64,000 nt of DNA from Eledone cirrhosa. Lineage: Eukaryota. The notes below the pieces were generated by a model. The model did no database searches. It was given only the letters and a program-made list of their open reading frames with translations, and was not told the origin of the DNA. Positions 1-14,489 of the stretch are shown here, one piece after another. The DNA lies in contig OZ024750.1 in assembly GCA_964016885.1 (NCBI GenBank), forward strand, positions 45,818,001 through 45,882,000, written 5' to 3'. Every line of letters begins with the position of its first letter. Within the stretch, counting starts at the first letter, position 1. A program made the translations under genes and the position numbers.

Positions 1-259
1 GTAACATGGTTGGCTGTACAACAATGAAACAATTGAAAATACCTGAAATAAAGCCACTTATTGTACAGCCAACCATATTACACTTCACTCTTTCACTATT
101 ATTACTCCAAGTATAACCTGCATAGGAATTCCAGCGAACTCGCTGCCTAACTATGGAAACATCTTGTTGAGTCAAACAAAGCCGTACGTTAAAACTATCC
201 ACGACACAGAGTATTGTCAACCTCTAGCTGGATTGCCTATAACGATAACTTGTTATCCC

Positions 260-291
<32 letters not shown>

Positions 292-399
292 GTAATAGGA
301 AAAAGTATACTTTTTCCTATTACCCACTCTACTACCCTAAGTATTGAGTACTCTGGTGCGTTATGGTCCATCTGGTTCCTTATCACAATTCCTTCGTTA
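292..399 (+). mobile_element. Family A (TA)n-inserted fold-back element, short copy (Penelope-like terminus)
   Basis: cctattacccactctactaccctaagtattgagtac...ttccttcgtta, the same as the copies at 3761, 15770, 16251, 31905, 37041, 47479, 50516 and 55583. Short inverted arm gtaataggaaaaagta/tactttttcctattac. Flanked by (TA)n. Confidence 0.75.
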
Positions 400-836
400 T
401 ATATATATATATGGAGATGTGTGTGTGTGTGTTTGTATATTTGCGTATATTTTTCGGGACGCGTTTGTGCATGTGTGAGTGTGGGTACGTGTTTGTGCAT
501 GTGTGTGTGCGCATGTGTGAGTGTAGGGACGCATGTATATGTGTGTGTTTGTATTTGCATGTAGGCGCACATATTACATAGTATGTGACAGTATATGTGT
601 TTGTATATATACATATACTTTTTTTTATTTTCCCCTTTACATTATGTCCGTTATTTTATTTCAGCCTCGCTTTCAATTGTCCTAATTGAAATTCATATCT
701 CACTTCCATTTTAAATAAAATTCATTCTGACGATTGAAGGCAGACTTCTATACCAAGCTCCTCTGTGTCTTCGTGAAACCTTTAGTAAATGAAATAATTA
801 TCTTATGTTGATTATTGCATAACTATATATACACTC

Positions 837-899
<63 letters not shown>

Positions 900-915
900 T
901 ATATATATATATTTT

Positions 916-1147
916 TAAATTTCTGTTGCAAGTTAACAGATATTGTTATACTTTGGGAGGGTCATGCTGCCAATAAAAACACATGCACCTGTTGGTTTTC
1001 ACTTCAATTTATTACAAATATCCGCTTAGTTGGTTGGTTCGTTAACCGCAAGATTGTTTATGTATTGTGAAAGTTCTTTCGTCACACATTCCGTGACCTC
1101 CTCCGTGACTAGATTTTTATGTTGTGTCCCTCCTTTGTTCTGGCCTG

Positions 1148-1152
<5 letters not shown>
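916..1152. mobile_element. Dispersed repeat family B between (TA)n tracts
   Basis: gatattgttatactttgggagggtcatg...aaaacacatgcacc recurs at about 1515, 46440-46700 and 59410-59740; the last two are fold-backs. Confidence 0.6.
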
Positions 1153-1192
<40 letters not shown>

Positions 1193-2269
1193 TAAAGTTA
1201 GTACTTCATCAGTGATCTTCCAACCATCATTGGTATTTCATCGCTTTAAAGACCATATACCTCCGGTTGTAGCGAGCAACGGCTAGAAAAAGTCGTTGGG
1301 ACACGTAAAGGGGACACGAGTGTAAACAAACAAAGATGGTGAAGAAACGAAAAGTGAGGAAGAAGGAGTCAAGTGCCAAACTTCTATGAATATAAATTCG
1401 GTGAAATCGTGAACGAGAGAGGATAAAGACCATCAAACCTGGTTGGAATATATATGTATAATCCGTTTTTTAATTTGTTTTGCGAGATGTCTTAACTGAA
1501 AACGTGTGTTGAAACAGATACTGTTATACTTTGGGGGTGTCATGTTGCCAATAAAATCACACGTACCGGGGTTTTCTCTACAAATTATTAGGTTGTTGAT
1601 TTCTTTGGGACATTATCCCCATAAACTTGCTCCAGAGTGTCAATGATTTGGCTGCTCTGCCACCCTAGCTTCACCATGAATTTTATGTTTTGATTGAGGT
1701 CATGTTGTTTGAGTTCTTCCGACTGGCGGCGCCGCGTTGCAACATGCATTTAAGGGATGATGCTAGAACATGTTATAACACGTTAGTACGAGAGCATACA
1801 GGTTTATTGAGATCAAAATCCCTGTGTTTGATTGTCAGCTATGAACTTTTTTCCACGAACTTTTTGAAGCCCCCTAGTATATAAATTCCCTTTCTAATGT
1901 CAACGATAGGAGTTACAGGACTCCAAATGTTGCATGGGTTTCTCAAGTTCTGGACTCTCAAGCTAAATCATGTTGAATTCAAAGCATAGAGCTATTGCAA
2001 TGGACAACCATACACACGGAAAATATGTACTACATGAGAAAACATAAGTAAACAACATGTTTATACTCTGCAGAGTTACCCACAACAGTACAGGATTAAC
2101 GATGCAGGCATAACCCAGAACACAGAAATGTGATGAAATTGACACACATTTAGCATCATATAAGCACGCGATAGTTCAGGTATTAATGGAAGGGTTAAGA
2201 GAAAAACGAGGTGGTAATGCTTGCATCAATTATATTGGGCTTGCTATAAGGCAGCAGCATAGACTATCG

Positions 2270-2617
2270 CAGAGGTTCTCAGACATTTTGGGCCACAAAC
2301 CCCTCACAGCCGTGTAATACCCTCAGCTCTCCCACCCATATTTCCAGAGAGACCTGCAGGCACGTAAATTATAAATAATATATAATAAATAAAAACGTTA
2401 ATTTATATATAATAAATAATATAATATATACTATATAATAATAAATATTATATATTTTTATTTTACCATGTCTATATATAATATATATCACTTGATATTT
2501 GATATATTATTATATAATCTTTACCGCTCCCTTCCGCCCGATTAGGCTCAAGCCCCCGCTGGACCTTCTCAACGCCCCTCCCCCCGGGGGTGGTAGAACC
2601 CACTTTGCGAACCTCTG
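2270..2617. mobile_element. Putative hAT (Charlie-like) MITE
   Basis: Terminal inverted repeats cagaggttctca / tgcgaacctctg with an AT-rich interior. No clean 8-bp TSD. Confidence 0.5.
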
Positions 2618-2853
2618 GTTTAACATCATTTGTTTACGAATACATGCCAACCGTGTAAACAAAACAGACACAAACCATCTAGAAGACTCACATACGAATA
2701 TATGTGGAAAACCTTGATACTGAAGCTATAAGCAGAACAGGGGTTGATTTCTATAAAATGCCTGAAAGAAAAATTGAGTGTACACATATATATATATAAA
2801 TCTGTATATGAATTCAAATCTGTATATATGTATCGATGTATATATAAAAAACA

Positions 2854-2895
<42 letters not shown>

Positions 2896-2946
2896 TACAC
2901 ATACACACGCACACACAAACACAAATACAATTACACACATACATAT

Positions 2947-2986
2947 CTTTCTTCTGATGAAGAACAAGCGTCCGAAACGTTAAGAT
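2947..2986 (+). ncRNA. Minimal type I hammerhead-like motif
   Basis: tctt-CTGATGA-agaacaagcgtcc-GAAA-cgt-TA-agat. A related copy with the same downstream sequence lies on the minus strand at about 16598-16636. Stem II is weak. Confidence 0.5.
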
Positions 2987-3179
2987 CCTATCCTATTCCT
3001 GCTATTTCAAGCGTTAAACTAATATATTCCTCCACTATACTGTACAGTTTGTGTTGTTATTTGTGTTTACATTTTACTCAAACACATACACACACAAACA
3101 CACACGCACGCACGGACTCACAGACACACAGACACACACAAACACACAAACACACACACACACACACATACACACACAC

Positions 3180-3211
<32 letters not shown>

Positions 3212-3216
3212 TTATA

Positions 3217-3256
<40 letters not shown>

Positions 3257-3258
<2 letters not shown>

Positions 3259-3449
3259 AAGATAATAATAAATGTAAACTATATTTATAAAACCATATTT
3301 ATTTTATTATATATATTTCAAGGGCGAGCAAGTCAAACTTGGTGCGCATTCATCAGATAAAATAAAGATATGGCTTGGTCGCCCTTGAAATAAATATAAT
3401 AAAATAAACATGGTTTTATAAATATAGTTTCCATTTATTATTATCTTGG
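3257..3449 (-). mobile_element. Fold-back element with hammerhead motif (3300-3364, minus)
   Basis: Arms ccaagataataataaatg.../...catttattattatcttgg. Minus strand reads tattttat-CTGATGA-atgcgcacc...gccctt-GAAA-tatata-TA-ataaaata. Same family as 24478-24808. Confidence 0.7.
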
Positions 3450-3637
3450 CGGTGGATGGGCAGTATCGGTAGAGGGTAGGACGCCATGCTTTGACGCATA
3501 GAGTTACGGCTCTTGCCATTCCGAGTTCAAATTCCGCCGGTTAACTTTGTCTTTCATCCTTAACGGGTTGATAAAATAAAGCACCAGTAATACACTGTGT
3601 AATTGCTGGCCTTGTGCCCAAAGTAGAAACAATTATT
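3448..3637 (+). mobile_element. SINE family 1 (tRNA-derived; central domain resembles MetaSINE)
   Basis: A-box-like ggcagtatcggtag, B-box gagttcaaattc, conserved ctttcatccttacggggtcgataaaataaagtaccag body, tail ...gtagaaacaattattat. Confidence 0.85.
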
Positions 3638-3760
3638 ATCTTATAATATTTACTCCAGTTATATTGTTGAATGCTCTATATCAGTTATAAACATTTATGT
3701 TTGTCGGAACTCCAACAAATTAAATACAACCCCTACATATATATATATAAATATATATAT

Positions 3761-4066
<306 letters not shown>

Positions 4067-4561
4067 TGTACATCTATGTATCTGTTATTATTTTCATGTT
4101 TCCGTATTTGTATAGACAGATCTCACAGATGAGACTGTGTAAGAGAAACATGAGAGGGAAATATGTTGTGTGTTGTTTTGATAGTATTTCTGGGGAAGAA
4201 TGGACTTAGTTGGCTCCGATACCTCGGGCCTTTAATTAATGTTTTTGTCTTGGAGCTGACTATGACATCTAGGGGTGTCTACTTCTGCCCTCAGCAAACA
4301 ACAATATGTAAGGAAGAGAGAGAGAGAGAGAGAGAGAGAGTGTGTATGTGTGAGTGAGTGAGTGAATGAGAGTGAGAGAGAGTAAGAGAAAGTAAGAGGG
4401 TGAGCGTGAGAAAGAGAAAGGTTGAGAGAGTGAGTGGGTGAGTGTGTGAGAGAGAGAGAGAAACATAGAGAGAGAGAGAGAGAGAGATAGAGAGAGATCC
4501 TCGTCGTTTCATCAACACTTTTACGACACAGCCAGATATCTCTACTATATTTTGACTACAC

Positions 4562-4605
<44 letters not shown>

Positions 4606-4711
4606 GCTGTTCTTCTTCTTCTTCTTCTTCAAACTACTACTACTACTACTACTACTACTACTGCTGCTGCTACTATTACCACTACTACTACTACCACCAC
4701 CATCATCACCC

Positions 4712-4764
<53 letters not shown>

Positions 4765-4775
4765 GCTGCTACAAT

Positions 4776-4817
<42 letters not shown>

Positions 4818-4962
4818 CACTACTACTACTACTACTACTGCTGCTACTATTACAACTACTACCACCACCACCACCACCACCACCAACACCACTACTACTA
4901 CTACTACTACTACTAATAATAATAATAATATTACTACTACTACCACCACCACCACCACCATC

Positions 4963-5001
<39 letters not shown>
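4562..5001. repeat. Compound trinucleotide microsatellite (GTT/CTT/CTA/CCA)
   Basis: Visible directly; explains the poly-T, poly-L and poly-V ORFs. Confidence 0.95.
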
Positions 5002-5002
<1 letters not shown>

Positions 5003-5508
5003 GTGTTCTTTGTTAACCCTCAATATCGCAACCATCACGATCCTCCCCTTCACCAACATCTGCAGCAGTAATAACAACAACAACAACAACATAATAATAA
5101 TCACATGATTTTGTTATTTCTAAAGGTCCTTCCTCATCTTCGAAGTCCTCTTCTATTCCCTCCACATCTTCCACGTCATCATTAGTCTCATATAGAGGAT
5201 GGTGGATTGCAGTACCAGTAGTGGATCGAGCGCTGTACTTTCCAGCGTAGAGTTACATCCCTTTCGTGTCTGAGCTCATATCCCGTCGAGGTTAACTTTG
5301 TCTTTTATCCTTACGGGGTTGATAAGATGAAGTACCAGTAATGTACTGGTACAATATTTCTTTCCTATTCCCCAGTGCCAGACTTGTATAGCTGGGCCCC
5401 TCCGTAAAAGTGTAATGATAGTCGCCCGTCCGAGGAACGAAACCCGCTCGCTTTCTCTCTCTCTCTATCTATCTAACTATCTGTCTATATATATATATCT
5501 TGTCCCTA

Positions 5509-5541
<33 letters not shown>

Positions 5542-5702
5542 GTATGTACTGTATATCATGTCTATATATATATATCTTGTCCCTATATCTATCTATCTAT
5601 CTATCTGTATGTATGTACTGTTTATCATGTCTATATATATATATCTTGTCTCTATATCTATCTTATCTCTATCTATCTGTCTATATATATATCTTGTCTA
5701 TA

Positions 5703-6335
5703 TGATGAAATACCAATGATGGTTGGAAAATCACTAACGAAGGACTATTTTTATCATATGTAACCTATGTGCAACCACGCAGTATTCTTCTTTCTTCTCA
5801 TGTTTTTTATATATATTTACCTCGGCTGCGTTTGTCTGTTTCTCTCTTACAGCTTCCCCGCTCTCTCTGTTTCTCTCACCTTCTTTCGCCCGCTCTGTCA
5901 GTTACTCTTTCTCTCGACTGACCTCTTCCTCACACTTCCACTCACTCACTCTCTGTTTCTCCCCTTCTCACTTGCTCCCGTTTGGCTTGTAGTGGGTCTC
6001 TTCTTGCTCACATCTCACACACATCAACACGGTCTGTACCTCTCTCGCTCATGAAATCCACCCAGCTTATGCTGACCGGACAACCATGTTGCTTGTTTAT
6101 TTTCCTATCTTCGGTTTGCTTTTATCCTTCTATGTTGTTTACTTGTTCCCCTCGCTTTACGCGAATTACTGGTCCAAATAACTTTTTTTAGTTATTGCTC
6201 GCACCAACCTGAGGTATCTGATTTTTAATGCGATGAAATACCAATGATGGTTGGAAAATCACTGACGAAGAACTATTTTTATCATATGTAAACTATGTGC
6301 AACCACGCAGTATTCTTCTTTCTTCTCATGTTTTA
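5703..6335 (+). mobile_element. Partial-tandem element with about 105-bp terminal direct repeat
   Basis: gatgaaataccaatgatggttggaaaatcact...cttctcatgtttt at about 5704-5808 and 6232-6334. Related minus-strand fragment at about 1195-1445. Ends in (TA)n. Confidence 0.65.
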
Positions 6336-6354
6336 TATATATATATATATATAT

Positions 6355-7397
6355 ATTTAAAAGTTAAACAAGATTCAGTGAATACATCAAAGAATGACTT
6401 TTACAATAGATTGGAAGCACTCTACAGTATTATATTAATCATTTACTTAATACAATATATGAACAAATAATAAACTATAATATTGGTACATTATGATCAA
6501 TACATATATATAGTTGAACATTCTGACATCTTTAAGTTTAATTATAAGGCTGGTTGATACTTTAGGTACTCAAACTATTTAACAATAAATTCTTTAATAG
6601 TTATAACTATAAATATCTTATAAATTATATTGTACAAACTGTTGTCAATATTATAAATAATTTTGGTAAAGACTACCTTCGTGGAGATATAAAACATTAT
6701 ATATATATATTTTCTTTCTTTCTCGGGTTTCGTAAATCCTTTAAATTTGTTTTCATAAAATTTGAAATTTAGAAATTTAACATAATTATATTATAATATT
6801 AATACAAATACCTATTAAATTTTAAAACCTAAAATGTGATTCTTTACCCTGAAATAACATAAATTAAATATTTTGAAAATTACCCGCCAACTATACTATA
6901 TAAGAATCTGTGTGTGTAGAAACTTGAACATAAATTACTCCCCTTTGTCTCTCTCTCTCTCTTTAATCATCTTTCTTCTGTCTTCTCAAGCTAAATAATA
7001 AATAAGTTATCACATCAGCTGTTTCTTCCTATATGCTTTCCTTTCCCTCCTCTTTCTCTAGTGGTTTTTAAAAAATAAAAATTCTATAACTGTTATATTG
7101 ATGCCATGTATTTCTTAACATATATTACTCACACTCTCTCTATTGTTTGTATTACGTTTTCTCATGTTCTCAATATTAGGGTATAAATATTGAATTTTGT
7201 CATAAATTAATCACTACCTTGATTAAATCTTAACCATCTACCATGTCAGGGTATGTCATGTATCATTTTATTTTATTTGATGAGGACGTAATGTTGAACT
7301 TAATTCAGTACCTCTGAAATATGTATAATAAAATATAATTGATCACAAGAATATCTATTTTGTTAATAGATATTCTTGTGATCAATTATATTTTATT
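6355..7397 (+). mobile_element. Degenerate Penelope-like remnant with decayed hammerhead (7269-7335)
   Basis: Shares sequence with 14490-14905. Motif tattttat-TTGATGA-ggacgta...tacctct-GAAA-tatgta-TA-ataaaata. Its start is an inverted copy of the 3' terminus seen at 14830-14905. Confidence 0.55.
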
Positions 7398-7449
7398 ATA
7401 TGTGTGTGTGTGTATATATATATATATATGCCGTGAGCGAATTATTTTT

Positions 7450-7568
7450 GTATTCTGATGTGTTGATATGTTGGTCAGAGGAAAATAATGTAATGGAGAT
7501 CGAGTGACGCAACTTCGTGCGATTAGTGACCTCTAGACTCACCTTATCAATGAAACAATTGTCAATAC
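7450..7568 (+). ncRNA. Type I hammerhead motif with long stem II and core mutation (CUGAUGU)
   Basis: gtatt-CTGATGT-gttgata...tatcaat-GAAA-caattg-TC-aatac: stem I 5 bp, stem II 7 bp, palindromic stem III. Related fragment at 1-90. Confidence 0.65.
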
Positions 7569-7609
7569 CTGAAATAAAGCCCCTTATTGTGCATCCAACC
7601 ATGTTACTT

Positions 7610-7649
<40 letters not shown>

Positions 7650-7836
7650 ATGAATAACAATGAAAGAGTGTTTAAAAAATGTTATGACTTACGATCGTTT
7701 CATCTTAGCAATTAAATGTTTTAAACACTCTTTGATTGCTATTTGTAAAGTATTTCGTCTCTGTAATATATTTGTTATTTTTCATGGAGCCAACCTCAGA
7801 CTTGTAATTGGAGAATATTTAATATTGCCCATATTT

Positions 7837-7867
<31 letters not shown>

Positions 7868-7934
7868 ATATATATGTGTGTGTGTGTATATATATATATA
7901 TGTGTGTGTGTGTGTATATATATGTGTGTGTGTG

Positions 7935-8031
<97 letters not shown>

Positions 8032-8035
8032 ATTA

Positions 8036-8152
8036 GCGGAGCAACATGAAATAAAATGTCTTGCTCATTGATACAACACATCACTCGGTCTGAGATTCGA
8101 ACTTACAACCTCCCGATTGCAAGCCCAATGTTCTACCCACCAATCGATGCAC
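8036..8152 (-). mobile_element. SINE family 2 (tRNA-derived, CORE-like)
   Basis: Reverse complement of ttgagcaagacactttatttcacgttgctcc with upstream gttcgaatc B-box. Other copies at about 17308-17430(-), 22190-22320(+), 60075-60300(+) and 63866-64000(+). Confidence 0.7.
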
Positions 8153-8373
8153 CTTATGGGTACAAATGTTGGATAAATACACTCAACATATAATGTGTAA
8201 TATGAGTATTTATAACAAGTTTGTTGCTATTATTTACTCCGTTCATTACGGGGTCGATAAAATAAAGTACCAGTAATGCACTGGGTAATTGCTGGCTTTG
8301 TGCCTAAAGTAGAAACAATTATTTACTCTGTTCATTTCATATATATTAAGAGTCCATTATAATAAACGTGATA

Positions 8374-8561
8374 GGGCGGTGGATTGGCAGTATCGGTAGA
8401 GGGTCGGACGCCATGCTTTCCAGCATAGTTACGTCCCTTTACGATCTGAGTTCCAATCCCGCCGAGGTTGACTTTGCCTTTCATCCTTACAGGGTCGATA
8501 AAATAAAGTACCAGTAATGCACTGGGTAATTGCTGGCCTTGTGCCAAAAGTAGAAACAATT
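8374..8561 (+). mobile_element. SINE family 1, full length (partial copy at 8245-8320)
   Basis: Matches the family consensus from ggcggtggattggcagtatcggtag to gtagaaacaatt. Flanking duplication tataataaacgtgatag at about 8357 and 8561. Confidence 0.88.
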
Positions 8562-9026
8562 ATAATAAACGTGATAGTCTTGTTGCTATTTGCCTTGTCT
8601 AGCGTGATTACCCCTTTCTGATTCTTTCAATGTTCTCAAACCAACTGTTGTGTGCTTGTCTGCTTGTCAATACACTTGTTTGTCCAGTAGAGTGTTGTAG
8701 TCTTATACGCTAACTAATACAACGAATATATTTGCTATTGAAAAGTCAAAGACTATAGTCGTGCTCTCTCCTCTAATTAACTGGTTAAACAAACCATTGA
8801 TTTGTTATTTCAGATACATAGTGTATTTTTAGAGTATTTTTGATACTGGTTTGATAGGGGATTGGTTTGATAGGAATACTAATTAGAATGATGGATATAA
8901 TTTCTAGTGGAGACGTAGGGGGTGGGGTGGGTAGATATGATGATAACAAGGAAGAGGAAATAGAGATACAGGGAAAGATAGATAGATAGAGATAAAAAGA
9001 CATAGAGTAAGGGTGATCTACGAGTG

Positions 9027-9079
<53 letters not shown>

Positions 9080-9193
9080 AAAGAGAGAGAGGGAGAGAGG
9101 GAGAGAGAGAGGGAGAGCAGATGAAAAAGAGAGAGGGGAAGAGAGAGAAAGCGGAGGAGGACGATAATGCCGAAAACGACGACCACGACCAAG

Positions 9194-9294
9194 ATGATGA
9201 TGATGTTGATGATGATGGTGATGATGATGATGACGACGATGATGATGATGACGACGACGACGATGATGATGATGATGATGATGACGATGATGAC

Positions 9295-9331
<37 letters not shown>
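9194..9331. repeat. (GAT/GAC)n microsatellite
   Basis: Visible directly; the poly-Asp ORF is an artefact. Confidence 0.9.
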
Positions 9332-9333
<2 letters not shown>

Positions 9334-9519
9334 TATGGGATAATGTCGATTACATTGACATCAAATCCACCAAATCATGACTGGTACTACACGTTATGGA
9401 GTTCTTAACTCAATGACAAAGTTGACCTCAATAAGATTTGAACTTTGAACGTAATGACCTGACAAATTCCACAAAGCATTCATGTCCGACGCCACGACCC
9501 CGCTCAGTCATAACAGTAC

Positions 9520-9520
<1 letters not shown>

Positions 9521-9551
<31 letters not shown>

Positions 9552-9918
9552 CTTCTTCTTCTTCGCTCTTTTATTATTGAGAGGGTCGTGGGGGCAGAGC
9601 CCTCAAACATATCTTCCAACGGGTCCTGTCAGAAGCAACTGTCTCCAACTGATCCGGCTGGATCTCCAAGCGAGACCAGCCAAGCTCATGGATGTTATCC
9701 AACCATCTTGCTCGGGGTCTACCCTTGGGCCTCCTACCTGTTGGTTTTTGCCCGTAAAATCTGTTCCAGCAATTCTTTCTTGAGACATTCTAACCCCAGG
9801 CCTATAATATCGGAGCTGTGATCTCTCAAATTCGAGAAGTTGCAGCTCTACCTAAAGTGACTCTCTGATCTCCGAGCTACACACTTTATCGAGTAACGTT
9901 ACTCGAAAGACCCTGGGA
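9521..9918 (-). mobile_element. 5'-truncated RTE-like LINE with (GAA)n tail and TSD
   Basis: Minus-strand frameshifted peptide RMSQERIA...GRPRARWLDNI...DRTRWKICLRAL is typical of an RTE C-terminus. (CTT)n tail. About 20-bp duplication cgctca(g/a)tcataacagt(a/g)ct at 9501 and 9919. Confidence 0.8.
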
Positions 9919-10279
9919 CGCTCAATCATAACAGTGCTATATATTCTTATTTATGTATTTATTATTAATGTTATTGTTGATGTTATTTATACAGTTTTAA
10001 AATGTTTAGGACTGAAATTGGCAGTGTTGAAACGAGTTTACATAAGTTCTTAATGTTGCTAAATATATGACATTTTATTTTATATTTTAGTATATTATTA
10101 CTATATTTTTTAGTATAATTTTATTCCTTTTATAAAATAGACACGTGATCATAAAACCAGTTGTATTTCTTGCTTCCGGCGAAGATCTTAGCCTCTTTTC
10201 TCTGTGATTTCATCAGATCAAAATACTTAATGCATCGTTTAAGGGAGAAAGAATCAGTAAAGAGAAGCTGGTGGAGGAT

Positions 10280-10377
10280 ATATAGATGAGGAAGATGTAT
10301 ATATGTATGTATGTATATGTATATGTATATATATATTTATGTGTGTATGTATGTGTGTAGGGGTAGATGTATGTATG

Positions 10378-10424
<47 letters not shown>

Positions 10425-10729
10425 GTGTGTATGTAGGTATGTAGGGGTAGATGTATGTATGTATGTATATATATATTTATGTGTGCATGTATGTATGTAT
10501 GTAGGCGTAGATGTATGTAGGGATAGAGGTATGTATGTATATATATATATATATTTATGTGTGTATGTATGTATGCATGTATGTAGAGGAAGATGTATGT
10601 ATGTATATATATATATATATTTATATGTGTATGTATGTATGTAGCGGTAGATGTATGTATGTATGTATGTATATATATATATATATAATTACGTGTGTAT
10701 GTATGTATGCATGTATGTAGGGGTAGATG

Positions 10730-10766
<37 letters not shown>

Positions 10767-11138
10767 GTGTGTATGTATGTATGTAGCGGTAGATGTATGT
10801 ATGTACAGATTTAAGGATGAATTTATGTATGCATGTATATATGTATGCTTATTGTAACTATGCATGTATGGGTGTATGTATGTATATATTTATGTATGTA
10901 TATATGTATGTATGTATGAATGTATGTATATATATATATGTATGTATGTATGCATATATGTTTGTATATATGGATGGATGTATGAATGTATGTATATATA
11001 TTTATGTATGTATGTATATATGTATGTATGTAAGAATGTATGTATATATATATATATGTATGTATGCATATATGTTTGTATATATGGATGGATGTATGAA
11101 TGTATGTATATATTTATGTATGTATGTATATATGTATG

Positions 11139-11174
<36 letters not shown>

Positions 11175-11440
11175 TATGTATGTATGCATATATGTTTGTA
11201 TATATGGATGGATGTATGAATGTATGTATATATGTGTGTATGTATACGTGTATGTATGCATGGTTGTGACTATGTCCGTACGTACGTATGTATGTACGTA
11301 AGCATGTATGCATGTATGTAAATATGCATGTATGTATGAACAGATATATGTACGCATGAACGTTTGTTTATATGTATATATCTATGAATATATGCATGTA
11401 TATGTACATATGTAGGAACGTATATACGCATATTTACATG
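10280..11440. repeat. Degenerate (TATG)n satellite with gtagg/gtagatgtatg subunits
   Basis: Visible directly. Confidence 0.9.
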
Positions 11441-11588
11441 TGTGTGGTTTAGCTGGTAGGTACTATTAACTGTTTTACAATCTGTCTATGTCTATCTAAG
11501 CTAACATTACCTGTGTTTAGATATATTTCTACGTATGTGTCTGTGTTTGCATATAAGTGTTTTTACTTGTAGCTATTTCATGTTCTTG

Positions 11589-11628
<40 letters not shown>

Positions 11629-11853
11629 AGTGTGTGTGTGTCTGTATATATGTATATATAATATATATATATAAATATAAATATATATAGATATATGTAT
11701 AAGAATATATATCTATATATATGTGTGAGTGTGTGTGTGTGTATATATGTATATATAATATATATATATATAAATTTAAATAGATATATGTATAAGAATA
11801 TATATATATATATATGTGTGTGTCTGTGTGTATGTTTGTGTGTGTGTGTATGT

Positions 11854-11898
<45 letters not shown>

Positions 11899-12036
11899 TT
11901 TGAGTGAATGTTTGTACTTTTGCATATAGTTATTTAGGTGTGTTTCAATATTTCATGTGTGCGTATATTTGTGCGTGTATATATATATATACATGTATAT
12001 ATATATATCCGATTCTCCATGCATGCATGTGTTTAT

Positions 12037-12085
<49 letters not shown>

Positions 12086-12098
12086 TATATATATATAT

Positions 12099-12175
<77 letters not shown>

Positions 12176-12191
12176 TAGATAGATAGATACA

Positions 12192-12239
<48 letters not shown>

Positions 12240-12276
12240 TATATATGTGTGTGTGTATATATATATATATATACAC

Positions 12277-12307
<31 letters not shown>

Positions 12308-12352
12308 TATATATATATATCCATATATACAGATATATATATACATATATAC

Positions 12353-12395
<43 letters not shown>

Positions 12396-12435
12396 TATAT
12401 GTGTGTGTGTGTATAAACACATGCATGGAGGGCAA

Positions 12436-12513
<78 letters not shown>

Positions 12514-13478
12514 TATTTAGGGATACAGAGGAAGAAAGGGAGGAAGTGAGAATGCGACGCTGTTGTAACTTCTAACGTCATTATCAGAAATACCCTTTTG
12601 CTATATAGCTTTTCTGAATAAACAGAATTTGCACTATTTAACGCCTGCGTGGCAGAGTTCAATACTTAGGTATTTAGTCTTAACCAATGAAAAAGAACAA
12701 CACCAAAGAAAGGTAGAAAGAACGAAAGATAGAACTACACCAAAGATAGATAGAAAGAACGAAAGAAAGAACTTCACTAAAGAAAGATAGAAAGAACGAA
12801 AGAAAGAGAGAAAACTATAAAAAAATAAGATAAAGAAGAAAATATTTAAGAAAGAAAATGGAAAATGTAATAAAGAAAATGTTCTCCCTTGGGGCGGAAC
12901 AATTTAGATATTTTTTAAGGTAATTTTCTCTGAAAGCATTGTTAACCATTCCTAGAGGGCTGTCATCATAGATGGGGAATAGTTACTATTTAATTTTCGA
13001 AGTAGATTTTAAGAACAGGGCAGCCTTTTGAATATGACATAATTAATGAATTCGCTTAAAGGGTTATACGTGTACGGGGCGGTGAAGAAGTATCAGAAAT
13101 CAGAAGATTTAGGAAGAATTAAATGTGACGCAGTAAATTCAGAGACATAGCAATAGAAGCTGGTTGTATATATTTGATTACGTGGAGTTGAACAGTCTTA
13201 ACACATACACACTCTGCCGTCTATGGTCAAATGCTGCTGCTTCATTCTGCCTGATGCTTGCTGCCGTTTGCTTCCTATTCAGTTAATTTATATCAAGAAA
13301 ATGACCCCTCCCTTTTAAAAGGTTTCACTGTCACGTGATGATAAACGAAACAAAACGTATTAATTAAACGCCATTTTATATTTAAAAGTATATGCTCCCA
13401 GCTAAAATAATTTAAGTGAGTGTGCGTGCAGCACAGCACTTGTATGTGGTAAATATGTTGGTTTTTGTTCCGATAAAC

Positions 13479-13521
<43 letters not shown>

Positions 13522-14489
13522 TGCATACATATATATATATATATATATATTAAAGTGTAATGCAAATGCATATTTTATAAATATGTTTTCGATTCTGTAA
13601 ATACATACAGACGCATATATTTAATCTAACATCCCACATTTGCATACTTAAACATTCACACAGGCGCATACACTCCCTATACACACAGATACACACATAC
13701 CCCCCCCCCCCCCCACACACACACACACACCACCACACACACACACACACACACATCCACACACACACACACACCCACACACACATATATATATATATCT
13801 ACGACGAGGAGTTTTTAAAATGTTATTAGTTATTTCTCATATTTTCTGATGCGCTTCGGAGCTCGTTTGGAAGAAGAAAGTAATACATTTCGATCGTAAT
13901 TTGAAACGTGAACCTTAGACGATATACAAATTTCATTCATACGCCAGAAACACGTGATCTATGATGTATAATTCTGTCAAGCTAAAAGTTTCAAATTTAG
14001 GCAAGAAAGCCTATACAAACGCTGCCAAAGAAAGATTTGCATGCATTTTCCTGCAGTACACACAACTGTACTACAATCGGCAGTAGAATAAGCCAATAAT
14101 GGTACATCTTCCGGTTATGAAAGTGTGGAAAACGAGAAAGGTTTAATGAAACAAGCTGCCGTGGCCTCATGAGAAAATATGTAAGAATAATAACAAATTA
14201 ACGTGTGTTTAGAAACGATGGCGAAATATGAATTTTTTTATGAGAAATGTATAAGCTTCAGCAAATTTGTTTGACTATAAAATTATAGTCTAAAAATAGA
14301 GGACATACGCCTTCCTTAATGGAAGAAAAGTAGGTATTAGCACATGCAGGACAAAAAAACTCTCTCCCTCTCTCCCTCTCTCTCTATCTCTCCCTCCATC
14401 TCTCTCTCTCTCTCACTCTCTCTCTATATATATACATCTCTCTATCTATCTATCTCTCTCTCTCTTTCTCTGTATATATATATATATAT

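Noticed and set aside
2181-2198. piggyBac-like end (aagggttaa)
   Set aside because: No matching opposite terminus was found.
3448-3540. tRNA genes at SINE heads
   Set aside because: A and B boxes are present, but there is no complete cloverleaf and they are always followed by the SINE body.
10195-10222. Isolated CTGATGA boxes (also about 1206, 30068, 30099, 54940)
   Set aside because: No convincing GAAA with stems I-III around them.
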